From contig JAWKXC010000007.1 in the NCBI GenBank assembly GCA_041397205.1, forward strand, positions 131,753-195,752: a stretch of 64,000 bases of DNA, given 5' to 3'. The notes below the pieces were generated by a model. That model saw nothing but the letters and a program-made list of their open reading frames with translations, searched no databases and was not told where the DNA came from. Position numbers and translations under genes: made by a program. The DNA is from Paracoccaceae bacterium. Lineage in GTDB: Bacteria; Pseudomonadota; Alphaproteobacteria; Rhodobacterales; Rhodobacteraceae. Of the stretch, positions 55,025-64,000 are shown one piece after another (the stretch's first letter is position 1; every line of letters begins with the position of its first letter).

Positions 55025-55998
55025 GCCTGTTTCTGAGCGACCCGAACGCGATCCGCCCCTACGAGGAACCACCCGAGGGCATGGTCTCTGGCAGCCTGCT
55101 CGAACGCGCGTTGCGCGCGGGGCATTTCGCTGTCACTTCCGAGCTCAACCCGCCCGACAGTGCTGACCCGGAGGATGTATTCGCCGCCGCGGAGCCGCTC
55201 GCCGCGGTCACCGACGCGATCAATGCCACCGACGCGTCCGGCGCCAATTGCCATATGTCGTCGATCGGCATCTGCGGGCTGCTGACCCGGCGCGGCCTCG
55301 GCACCGTCTACCAGATCTCGTGCCGAGATCGGAACCGGATCGCCATCCAGGGCGACGTGCTGGGCGCGGCCGCGATGGGCGTGCGCAACGTCCTCTGCCT
55401 CACAGGCGACGACGTCGGCGCCGGCGACCAACCGGGGGCGAAGCCGGTGTTCGACCTCGACAGCGTGAGCACCATCCGCACCATCCGCACGATGCGCGAC
55501 GAGGGCGTTTTTCTCTCGGGTCGCAAGATCACCAAGCCGCCGCACCTGTTCATCGGGGCGGCCGAAAACCCCTGCGTCGACCCGGTCGAATGGCGTCCCG
55601 AACGGCTCGCCAAGAAGGTCGAGGCCGGCGCCGAGTTCATCCAGACCAACTACATCTTCGACATGCCCCGCTTCGAAGCCTTCATGACCCGCGTCCGCGA
55701 TCTCGGGCTCGACAGGAAGGTCTACATCCTCGCCGGCGTCGGACCCCTTGCCTCCGGCAAGGCCGCCCGCTGGATGCGGTCGAATGTGCCCGGCATCCAC
55801 ATCCCCGATGCCGTGATCGAACGGATGGAAAAGGCCGAAAAGCCCGGCGACGAGGGGCGCAAGATCTGCGTCGAGCTCATCCAACAGATTCGCGAGATCG
55901 CCGGGGTCGCCGGCGTGCACATCATGGCCTACCGTCGCGAGCACCTGGTGGCGGACATTGTCGAAGAAGCGGGGATCGGTCGCGACCAGCGCGCCTGA
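55021..55998 (+). CDS. metF: methylenetetrahydrofolate reductase
   Basis: SELNPP, NATD, CRDRNR, LCLTGD, KKVEAGAEFIQT, GVHIM. Confidence 0.9.
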   Translation: MSLFLSDPNAIRPYEEPPEGMVSGSLLERALRAGHFAVTSELNPPDSADPEDVFAAAEPLAAVTDAINATDASGANCHMSSIGICGLLTRRGLGTVYQISCRDRNRIAIQGDVLGAAAMGVRNVLCLTGDDVGAGDQPGAKPVFDLDSVSTIRTIRTMRDEGVFLSGRKITKPPHLFIGAAENPCVDPVEWRPERLAKKVEAGAEFIQTNYIFDMPRFEAFMTRVRDLGLDRKVYILAGVGPLASGKAARWMRSNVPGIHIPDAVIERMEKAEKPGDEGRKICVELIQQIREIAGVAGVHIMAYRREHLVADIVEEAGIGRDQRA

Positions 55999-56063
55999 CA
56001 AGGCGGCGGGTTCGGGCGAAACGGAAACGGTTCATCAAGAGAAGATGCCACAGGGCAGAAAGA

Positions 56064-56089
56064 GGCCGGCCGGGTTGTCCCGGCCGGCC
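56064..56089. terminator. hairpin between convergent genes
   Basis: ggccggccggg-ttgt-cccggccggcc, with a T-rich tail on the minus strand. Confidence 0.6.
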
Positions 56090-56115
56090 GCGCGCATCAC
56101 ATCAGTAGCGTTGAA

Positions 56116-57089
56116 TCAGTCGCACTGCGGCTTGTAGATGTAGTCGGCGTTTGCCGCGTCATCGACGTTGTCGGCGGTCAGCAGGCGCTGCGGGATGCCG
56201 ACGAACTCGTCGCTCGCCGGGACCGCACCGGTGTTGCCGGCCTGGAGGTAGTCGACGATCGCCTGAACCGATTCCGCGCCGATCTGCGCGGGCGACTGGG
56301 CGATCAGCGCGGTGATGACACCTTCTTTCAGCCCGTCGATCTCCGGCGGCACCGCGTCGAAGGCAACTACGGTGACCTGACCCGCGAGGCCCGCGGCTTT
56401 CACGGCCGCCGCTGCACCAATGCCATCGGGCCCGTTCGAGGCGACGATCAGCTTCAGGTCCGGGTTGGCGATCAGAGCCGCGGAGACCGCGGAGGTTGCC
56501 GCGTTGACGTCGAAGAAGGAGTAGATGCGCTCAAGCTCGGTGAACCCCGGCCGTGCCGCGAGCACCGCGTCGACCATCGGCACGTAGCGCATTTCGAGCG
56601 GGGAAGGCCTTGGACGCCGCCGAGCACCAGCATTGTGCCTTCCTCGTCCGGGATCATCGGCAGCAGCTCGTCGATGTAGGGCGCCGTGTCGCCCGAAGAC
56701 CATACGATGCGGTATTGTGCGGCCGGGTCGGTGCCGTTGCCGGTGACGACCGGCACGCCATTCGCCATCAACTCGCCGAACTGGGTGACGAACTGGTTGG
56801 GCGCGGTAGAAGTGCCGAAGAGGCCGTCGGGCTGCGACAGGATGGCCGCGTCGAAGGCGGCGGTCATCTGGGCCGCGTCCATGTTCGGGATCGAGTAGAG
56901 TTCAAGCGTCGCGCCGAGCTCTTTGGCCCGCGCATCCGCGCCGCAGCCGATCGAGGTCCAGAACGGGTCCTGGGTGTTGATCAGCACGCCCGCGATAGTG
57001 ATGTCGTCCTGGGCCAGGGCGACGGAGCTGGCGCCCGACAGGAGCATGGCCAAGGCCGTGCCCAGCATGGTCTTTCCGGTAGCTTTCAT
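56116..57089 (-). CDS. ribose-type (CUT2) ABC substrate-binding protein (frameshift near 56600)
   Basis: Signal peptide, DPFWTSIGCGA, VVAFDA, ALIAQSP. Confidence 0.8.
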
Positions 57090-57197
57090 GGTTCTCTCCC
57101 TTGTAGTTCCGCGGCCCAATCACGGACCGCCTGTGGCGTTTGATTCAGGCTGCGCCGGTCGCCAGCCGGCGCAGGTATTCCTTGGGCCTGGGCCCGT

Positions 57198-58232
57198 TCA
57201 ACTTGCCTCGCGGCGGTTGAAGCTCACCCGGTCGAGCCCGACGGCGATGACGAGGATCGCGCCGACGGCCATCAGCTGGTAGGCCGAAGAGACGCCGATG
57301 ATGACGAGGCCGTTCTGGAGGATCACCGCCAGGGCTACGCCCCATATCGTGCCGATGATCGAGATCCGGCCGCCTTCCATCAGCGTGCCGCCGATCACGA
57401 CCGCGGCGACAGCCTGGAGTGCATCGTTCGCATGCCCAGTGATGACCGTGGTCTGGTAGCGGGCGATGTCGATGAAGCCCGCAAGTCCTGCGAGAACCCC
57501 GGTCAGCACGAAGAGGCTGAACAGGTGCCGCTCCACCCGAAGCCCCACCCGCTCGGCGGCCAGTTTCGACGAGCCGATGGCGAGCGTATGGCGGCCGTAG
57601 GCGGTTTCGTGGATGACCAGCGCAAGGATGCCCGCGATGACCAAAGCGACGAGGGCCGGTGCCGGCATGAAACCGAAGGTCTTCAGACCGAAATGCGACT
57701 GGAGCTCGATCGGGAAGCCGATGACGTTCTGGCCGTTGTTCGACACCACCAGCGCGACACCGCTGCCGACTCCGAGCATCCCGAGAGTGGCGATCAGCGA
57801 GTTGATCTGGAACCGGGCGACCAGCACGCCGTTGATCGCGCCCATGATCGCACCCGTGGCGAGACAGCCGATGAGCCCCGCAAAGATCGTGACGCCAACA
57901 CCGGCACCCGACGATTTGAGACCGACCATGATCAGAGCACCGATCACGGAAGAGAGCACGAGGTTGGCGCCAAGCGAGAGGTCGAACTTGCCGGCGCCGA
58001 GCAGCATGGCGAGGCCGAGCGAGAGCAGCAGCATCTCGGTCCCGCTCAGGAGCAGGGATTTCAGGTTCAGCACCGAGAGGAAAACCCCGTTGCGCGACAG
58101 CGACGTGAACAGGATGACCAGAACGATGTCGAGCAGGAAGATCCAGGTCGCCCGCGACGACATCAGGCGCTGCAAAGGGCTCTTCGTCCGGGCGCGCGTA
58201 TCGACGGGCGCGGTGTTTGTCGTGGCGGTCAT
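57198..58232 (-). CDS. CUT2 ABC permease
   Basis: FDLSLG, IATLGM, YGRHTLAIGS, AAVVIGGT. Confidence 0.88.
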   Translation of the reverse strand: MTATTNTAPVDTRARTKSPLQRLMSSRATWIFLLDIVLVILFTSLSRNGVFLSVLNLKSLLLSGTEMLLLSLGLAMLLGAGKFDLSLGANLVLSSVIGALIMVGLKSSGAGVGVTIFAGLIGCLATGAIMGAINGVLVARFQINSLIATLGMLGVGSGVALVVSNNGQNVIGFPIELQSHFGLKTFGFMPAPALVALVIAGILALVIHETAYGRHTLAIGSSKLAAERVGLRVERHLFSLFVLTGVLAGLAGFIDIARYQTTVITGHANDALQAVAAVVIGGTLMEGGRISIIGTIWGVALAVILQNGLVIIGVSSAYQLMAVGAILVIAVGLDRVSFNRREAS

Positions 58233-59026
58233 CAGGCGGCCTCGTTCACTTTGTGGCCGACCATCGTCGCCCCAAGGTCGGGAACTGTGAGATCTTTCGC
58301 AGGCGCGTTCAGCACCGTGCGTCCGTGCCAGAGCACGACCACGCGGTCGGCAACCTCGAGGACGCTGGGCAGGTCGTGGCTCACGAGCAGGACACCGAGC
58401 CCCCGGTTCGCCACCGTCCGCATGAGATCGCAGACGATCCCCGACTGCTTGGCAGCGAGCGCCGCGGTGGGTTCGTCGAGCAGCACGGCGGTCGACGACC
58501 ACATTACCGCGCGAGCGATGGCCACCGCCTGTCGCTGTCCGCCGGAGAGTTCGCGCACCGGGACCGTCAGCGACGGAAGCGCGATGGACAGCTCGCGCAG
58601 TGCGGCGTCGGCCTGTTCGGTCATCTGCCGCTTGTTCAGCATGCCGAGGCTGCCGAGCACACCGCTGCGCCGGGTTTCGTGTCCGAGGAAGACGTTCTCG
58701 ACGGTGGAAAGGTCCGGCGCCATGGCGAGGTCCTGGTGCACTGTATCCACCCCGAGGCCCTGGGCGTCGCGCACGGACGACATGGTGACTTCTTTGCCGT
58801 CGATGATAACCCGGCCGGCATCGGGGCGGTGGATCCCCTGGAGCACCCGGAGAAAGGTGGATTTGCCCGCGCCGTTGTCGCCGCAAAGGGCGACGATCTC
58901 GCCGCGATGAACGGAGATCGAAGCGTCGCGGAGCGCAGTGACGTGACCGAATTGCTTTTTGACGTGCTCCGCCCCGATGGCGATCGCGTTGCCGTTTCCG
59001 GGCGCCGTAGTCGAGGTATCGTTCAT
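58232..59026 (-). CDS. CUT2 ABC ATP-binding protein (single domain)
   Basis: GDNGAGKST, LSGGQRQAVAIAR, LDEPTAAL, SHD. Confidence 0.9.
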   Translation of the reverse strand: MNDTSTTAPGNGNAIAIGAEHVKKQFGHVTALRDASISVHRGEIVALCGDNGAGKSTFLRVLQGIHRPDAGRVIIDGKEVTMSSVRDAQGLGVDTVHQDLAMAPDLSTVENVFLGHETRRSGVLGSLGMLNKRQMTEQADAALRELSIALPSLTVPVRELSGGQRQAVAIARAVMWSSTAVLLDEPTAALAAKQSGIVCDLMRTVANRGLGVLLVSHDLPSVLEVADRVVVLWHGRTVLNAPAKDLTVPDLGATMVGHKVNEAA

Positions 59027-59479
59027 GTTCCCATGTGTCCCGTTGTCTCGCGTGACTCAGTCAAGTCGCCACCCATCCATGCCCCTGTCCGGAGCGCCGC
59101 GCGCGGAGGTGAGGAGAGACAGGCCTGCCCAAGCCGCGTGTGCCCTGGCATCGCCGACAGACGCTCCTCCCATGCGCTGCCTTCCGGTCGTTCTATCAGG
59201 CGGCGCCCCGACCGGCTCATGCAATCTACAAATGGAATGCTGCATCGTCGTTATATCGTCGGGTCAGCGACAATCGTCTCGCGGTCTCGGTGCCGGGATT
59301 GTCGGTCGAGCGGATGGTTGTTTGCTGCCCGGAACTGGACCAGCGCCGATGCCCGGAGAGGTTTGACGGAACATGCAGCGCCATGACGGAACCGTAGCGA
59401 CGGACCAGCAATAGACAGGCGTTGTTGAGACGAGGCGCGTTTGCCCCTAACGTGATGCAAACACGGGAAATGTTGCTCG

Positions 59480-60684
59480 ATGCCACGTGCGAAAACCTCA
59501 ATAGATATTCGCGATCTGGTTGGCGTGGCAGAAACTGCGGCCCAGCGCAGTTTCACGGTCGCAGCCGATCAGCTGAACACGACCCAGTCGACCCTCTCCC
59601 GTCAGGTCGCGAGAATCGAGAACGAGCTGAGCGTCACCGTTTTTCGCCGTGGTTGGTCCGGCACCGAAACGACACGCGAGGGCGATCTCGTCTGCCAGCA
59701 CGCGCGCGCCATCCGGACCCTGCTCGCCGCTGCCGAAGGGCGTCTGTATTCCGCGACCGACAAGCACCCGAGGTTCGAGACAAGCCTGACCCTGGCACAG
59801 CTCGAGATCGTGGATGCCGTTCGCCGAACGAGAGGCGCGACGGCCGCCGGGAACGAACTTGGCCGCAACCAGTCATCCGTCAGCCGATCGCTCAGCGACC
59901 TCCAGCAACACCTTGGGCTCACGCTGTTCTCGAGATCCACGCGCGGCCTCGAACCGTTGCCGGCAGCGCTGGAGTTTTGCGACCTGTTCGAGCGCATTTC
60001 CAGGGTGATCGAAACCCTTCGTGCCCAGTTGAAACGCGAGCAAGGCGAGCTTGCCGGCCGCGTGGCCATTGGCATCCTGCCGTTCTCTGCTCAGGGGATC
60101 GTCGCCCGCGCCTTCGCCCAGATCAGCGAGCGCCACCCCAGGCCCGGTTGGTGCTGGTCCCGGGCACCTATCCCAGCTTCGTCCGGGCCCTGCGTCAGGG
60201 CGAAATCGAAGGCGTGATCGGGATCATGCGAAAGGACATGTGCCCGCATGACCTCGTCGAGACCCCGCTTCTGGAAGAGCGCTTCACCATCGTCGCCCGC
60301 GCCGATCATCCCGTTCACGCAACGGCGCGCACAATCAAGGACCTCGCGGATGTTCGTTGGCTGGTTCCGCCTCACGGCAGCCCGGTGCGCGCGTTCATCG
60401 AACGGGTCTTCGTCGAGCACGAGATCACGCCGCACCTGCAAACCTGCGAGATTCAGCAATTCACGGCGGTGGAACAGATGATCGCGAACAGCAACGCCGT
60501 CGGCATCCAGAGCTACAGCCAACGGGGGCTGAAGATGCTCCGCCCGGACCTCAGGCCACTCGACATCTCGCTGCCCGTGGACCCTGCAATGATCGGGCTG
60601 ACCACCTGGCAGGGCATGCAGGACGAGCCGATCTTCGAAGAGTTCCGCACCGTCGTAAAGAAACTCGCGGCCGAGCTCGGTTGA
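59480..60684 (+). CDS. second tandem-HTH LysR (GalR-like) regulator (frameshift near 60140)
   Basis: SFTVAADQLNTTQSTLSR and GATAAGNELGRNQSSVSR; shares RGWSG, GRV.IG.LPF, ARADHP, PHG.PVR, QTCE with 53122-54329. Confidence 0.85.
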
Positions 60685-60969
60685 CAGCTCCCGGTTCAGC
60701 GAAGGCGTGGAGGACGGCTATCTATGCCGCGCCCGCAAACATTCGTGCAAAAACAGAATAGCCCGCTGCGTCTATGTCATATCGCCTTCTCGACCGCGGA
60801 ATGCTCGCTTAGTCAGATCGAGCGGGGGTCACACGATCCCGGGCGGTCCGGCCTCCTGTGTGGGAGGCCCCTCCGCCAAGATAGGGACGTCACGGCTCTG
60901 CACACGGCACGGCGCGTCGATCCAAGACGTCATTGTGTCCGCATGGGTTCGAAAGGGAGGTGGACGAAC

Positions 60970-61440
60970 ATGTTCGACAGGTTTTTCGTGCGCGAGGACA
61001 GTCTCGTGAACGACATCGAGAACGGCGAGGTCGTCGGCTTCTCGCTCGCCGTTCGCAACGCGAACTACCGCGGCGTCTACCTCTCGCTGCACAATGGCTA
61101 CTACCTTTCGATCGACGGGGTCGAATATGGTCGAGACGTCCAGACCTTCGAGATCAACGGCGCGGCCCCGCGTGACTTCGAAGAGATCAAGACCGCCGTC
61201 CATGAGCACTGGGACTACGACGACGAGGGGATCCTGCATGTGCGCAAGCCGGGGGGGCTGGCCCCGGGTGAGCATAACCTGCGCATCCAGCAATCCGTTC
61301 TCGCCGCCTATGGCTACCGTCCAACCGACGAGGAATGGGTCAGGAACCCGCCCGTGCCGGGGTCTGGCGCCGGGTCGGACAAGGCGCCCGACATCTCGGA
61401 GTTCACCCTGACGCTCAGCGATGAGGAGCCGACCCGATGA
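60970..61440 (+). CDS. C-glycoside deglycosidase beta subunit (DUF6379-like)
   Basis: MFD..., GFSLAVR.ANYRGVYLS, HWDY, KPGGLAPGEH; GGAGG RBS; ATGA overlap with alpha subunit. Confidence 0.85.
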   Translation: MFDRFFVREDSLVNDIENGEVVGFSLAVRNANYRGVYLSLHNGYYLSIDGVEYGRDVQTFEINGAAPRDFEEIKTAVHEHWDYDDEGILHVRKPGGLAPGEHNLRIQQSVLAAYGYRPTDEEWVRNPPVPGSGAGSDKAPDISEFTLTLSDEEPTR

Positions 61441-62553
61441 GCATCAAGCGTGGCGTTTCGCTCTACAGCTACCAGCAGTCGCAGTTCTTCAAGGAGCTCA
61501 TGCTCGACGACCAGATCGCCGAGGTGGGCAGCATCCCCGGCTGTGAGGGGATCGAGATCGTCGACGAAATGTCGCTGCGCTACCCGGATCCGGGCGCCGA
61601 GTTCATCGACCATTGGTTCGCGATGATGGAACGCCACGGCACCGTCCCGGTGGCCATGGATGTGGGCATGGACGTGCTCCAGTTCCGCGACCACGTGATG
61701 ACCATCGAGGAAAACGCCGAACGTCTGCGCCACGACATCCGGTTGGCGAAGCGTCTCGGGTTCACCAACGTCCGAGTGCTCTCGACGACCCCGCTCGAGG
61801 TGATACTGGGGCGCTCGGCGAGGCCGAAAAGCACGATATCCGGCTCGGCAAGGAGGTCCACCAGCCTATGGCCCTCGAAGGCCCGCAGGTAACCGAGATC
61901 CTCGACCACGCGGCGCGCACCGGCACCATGCATCTCGGCATCGTCCCCGACCTCGGCATCTACCAGTATCGACCCTCGGAGGCGCTCTTGAAGTGGTTCG
62001 AGCGCAAGGGGGCAAAGTCCGAGGCCACCGCCGCTGCGACCCGGCTGTCGGAGCCTGATCCGCGCCGGCGAGATGGGCGACACGTTCGACGTCTCGCTGC
62101 ACACCGCGGGCAACATCCGCTCGGATTTCCGTCGGTTCCTTACCAGCGGCGAGGCTCCCGACATCTGCGCCGCCGCGTTCGAAGGCATCCGGGCGTTCAC
62201 AAATGAACACGTGCCGACACCGGCCGAAGTCGACTACCTGGTCGTCGGCGAAGCGCTGACCTCTCGAAAACCTCGCCCGAAACGCTCCGGCAGATGGCGG
62301 GCCACGTCACCCACGTGCACGCCAAGTTCTACGAAATGTCGGAGATTGACGGCCAGCCGGGAGTGTTCCACGACCGCTCGATCGACACCGCCGCGGCCAT
62401 GGGCGCGCTCAGGGCGGGCGGGTTCTCTCGGGCTACGTCAACTCGGAATACGAGGGCCAGCGCTACTACCAGGATCGGACCCGGGCCGACCTGATGAGCG
62501 AGGTCGACCAGGTGCGCAAGCATCAGTCGATGCTGGCACGGCTGTTGGGCTGA
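61437..62553 (+). CDS. C-glycoside deglycosidase alpha subunit (xylose-isomerase-like TIM barrel; frameshifted)
   Basis: IKRGVSLYSYQ, GKEVH, GIVPDLG, HVHAKFYEM, NSEYEGQR, EVDQVRKHQ.ML. Confidence 0.85.
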
Positions 62554-62564
62554 GGGTGAGAGAC

Positions 62565-63737
62565 ATGTGGGCGCTGGTCGGAAGCTATTCCTCGGACGAC
62601 ACTCCGGGCGGGTTAACCGCCTTCCGGTTCGACGCGGAGGCAGGGACGCTGGAACACGTGGGCCGCGCCGACCGTGACCTTGAGGCGGGCTACCTCGTCT
62701 TCGACCCGGCGACGGCCACGCTCTACGCGGTCGATGAGCGCAAGACCGACGGCCGCGGCCCGGTCGGTCCCGCTGCCGCCGTTCACGCCTTCGGATTCAA
62801 TGCCTCCACCGGCGCGCTCGCCTGGCGCAACAGCCATGTCGCCCCGGGGCCGTTCCCGACTTTCCTCGATTACGACGCAGGCCGGAACCTGCTCGTCAGC
62901 GCGAGCCACGGCAGCTTCGACCATGTCGAGCGCGTCGTGCAGGACGCGGCCGGCAATTGGACGGTCGAATACATTTACGACGCCTCCACCGTGGCCCTGT
63001 ATCGGTTGGCGAACGCTGGCGGGATCGCCGGACTTGCCGACGTCGTCGTCCTCGACGGCCACGGGCTCGACCCGAATGCCTCGCCCCAAGCAGGTGGTCA
63101 TGCCCAGTCCACGGCCCATGCCCATTGCGCCACGCTCGATCCGTCCGGCACCTGGCTCGTTGTCTGCGACAAGGGCACCGATACGATCCTCACCTACCGG
63201 ATGGGGGACCGGCTGGAGCGCGCCTCCCGCTACCAGTTCCCGCCCGAGACCGCGCCGCGCCACGTCGCCTTCACCGCCGACAGCACGCGGATGTTCGTCA
63301 CGCTGGAACTCGCCTCGGGCCTCGCTTCAATGGGATTCGACCCGGAGACCGGCGAGCTGACCCTGATCGACCGGGTTTCGGCCACCGACGGCGACTGCGG
63401 CCGGGTAAACGAACCGGCCGAGCTGCGCCTGCATCCGAACGAGCGCTTCGTCTACCTCAACAACCGCGGCGAGGACTCGCTCGCGTGGTTCTCGGTCGCA
63501 CCGGACGGGACGCTCACCCGCGAGGGGCACGTCTGCGTCGCGGCGTCGATCCACCCAGGGCTGGCCGCGCGCAACTTCATGTTCGCGACCTCCGGCCGGT
63601 TCCTGCTGTTCGCGGATCGCCCTGCCGACTGCATCCGCATCTATGCCGTCGACCCCGAGACAGGCACGCCGACCGAAGTCGGTCAGGCGCCGGTCTCGCA
63701 GCCTGCCTACGTCGCCATCGTGGAGGACAAAGAATGA
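62565..63737 (+). CDS. lactonase, 6-phosphogluconolactonase-type beta-propeller
   Basis: VGSYS, LYAVDE, AHAHCA..DPSG, DKGTD, PRHVAF, FVYLNNRGEDSL, ARNF. Confidence 0.85.
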   Translation: MWALVGSYSSDDTPGGLTAFRFDAEAGTLEHVGRADRDLEAGYLVFDPATATLYAVDERKTDGRGPVGPAAAVHAFGFNASTGALAWRNSHVAPGPFPTFLDYDAGRNLLVSASHGSFDHVERVVQDAAGNWTVEYIYDASTVALYRLANAGGIAGLADVVVLDGHGLDPNASPQAGGHAQSTAHAHCATLDPSGTWLVVCDKGTDTILTYRMGDRLERASRYQFPPETAPRHVAFTADSTRMFVTLELASGLASMGFDPETGELTLIDRVSATDGDCGRVNEPAELRLHPNERFVYLNNRGEDSLAWFSVAPDGTLTREGHVCVAASIHPGLAARNFMFATSGRFLLFADRPADCIRIYAVDPETGTPTEVGQAPVSQPAYVAIVEDKE

Positions 63738-64000
63738 CCGCCCCGCAATTCGACGCCATCGTCGTCGGCTCCGGCGCCTCCGGCAGCTTCGCCGCGAAGG
63801 AACTTACCGAGCGGGGCCTCAAGGTCGCACTGATCGAGGCCGGCCGCACGATCGGACCCGAGGATTTCGCCAACGCCCCGAAAGGACCGGTCGAAAAGGG
63901 CATCCAGCTGCCGAAGCGCGCCATCGCGACGCTCCTCGGCCAGCCGGTGCAGGCCAAGGTCGCGATGTATGGCCACCAGTTTCGACACCTCTTCGTCAAC
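63734..64000 (+). CDS. GMC-family FAD oxidoreductase, N-terminus (runs off window)
   Basis: MTAPQFDAIVVGSGASGSFAAKELTERGLKVALIEAG; ATGA overlap with lactonase. Confidence 0.85.
   Translation, partial: MTAPQFDAIVVGSGASGSFAAKELTERGLKVALIEAGRTIGPEDFANAPKGPVEKGIQLPKRAIATLLGQPVQAKVAMYGHQFRHLFVN

Noticed and set aside
1-64000. CRISPR array, rRNA or prophage structural genes
   Set aside because: No regularly spaced repeats, rRNA-like segments or virion proteins seen

Overview
High-GC, accessory-type window whose proteins look alphaproteobacterial (Rhodobacteraceae-like; an inference). Left to right: (1) PLP decarboxylase, ATP-grasp and C45 peptidase genes. (2) A partial rhamnose locus (rhaD, rhaA, SemiSWEET, IS-truncated rhaEW-type gene). 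(3) A nested IS3/IS3/IS256 deletion scar. (4) A full AI-2 lsr cluster (lsrGEACDBF divergent from lsrRK) bracketed by inverted IS3 ends. (5) A lower-GC integrative island starting at a tRNA-3'-end att site: tyrosine integrase, HNH-like protein, C5 methyltransferase, Vsr, an RpoD-like sigma factor coupled to DISARM-like drmA/drmB, cut off by IS21. (6) A ~22-kb aromatic catabolic region: purU, gallate dioxygenase, three uptake systems, THF-dependent O-demethylase, MetV/MetF, two tandem-HTH LysR regulators, and a C-glycoside deglycosidase alpha/beta + lactonase + GMC oxidoreductase module. The best candidates for new systems are region 6, whose enzyme set matches breakdown of a lactonised C-glucoside of O-methylgallate such as bergenin, and the sigma-factor-containing DrmAB defence-like operon. 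Many genes carry single-base indels, densest at about 35-53 kb and probably sequencing errors, so coordinates of split genes are approximate.
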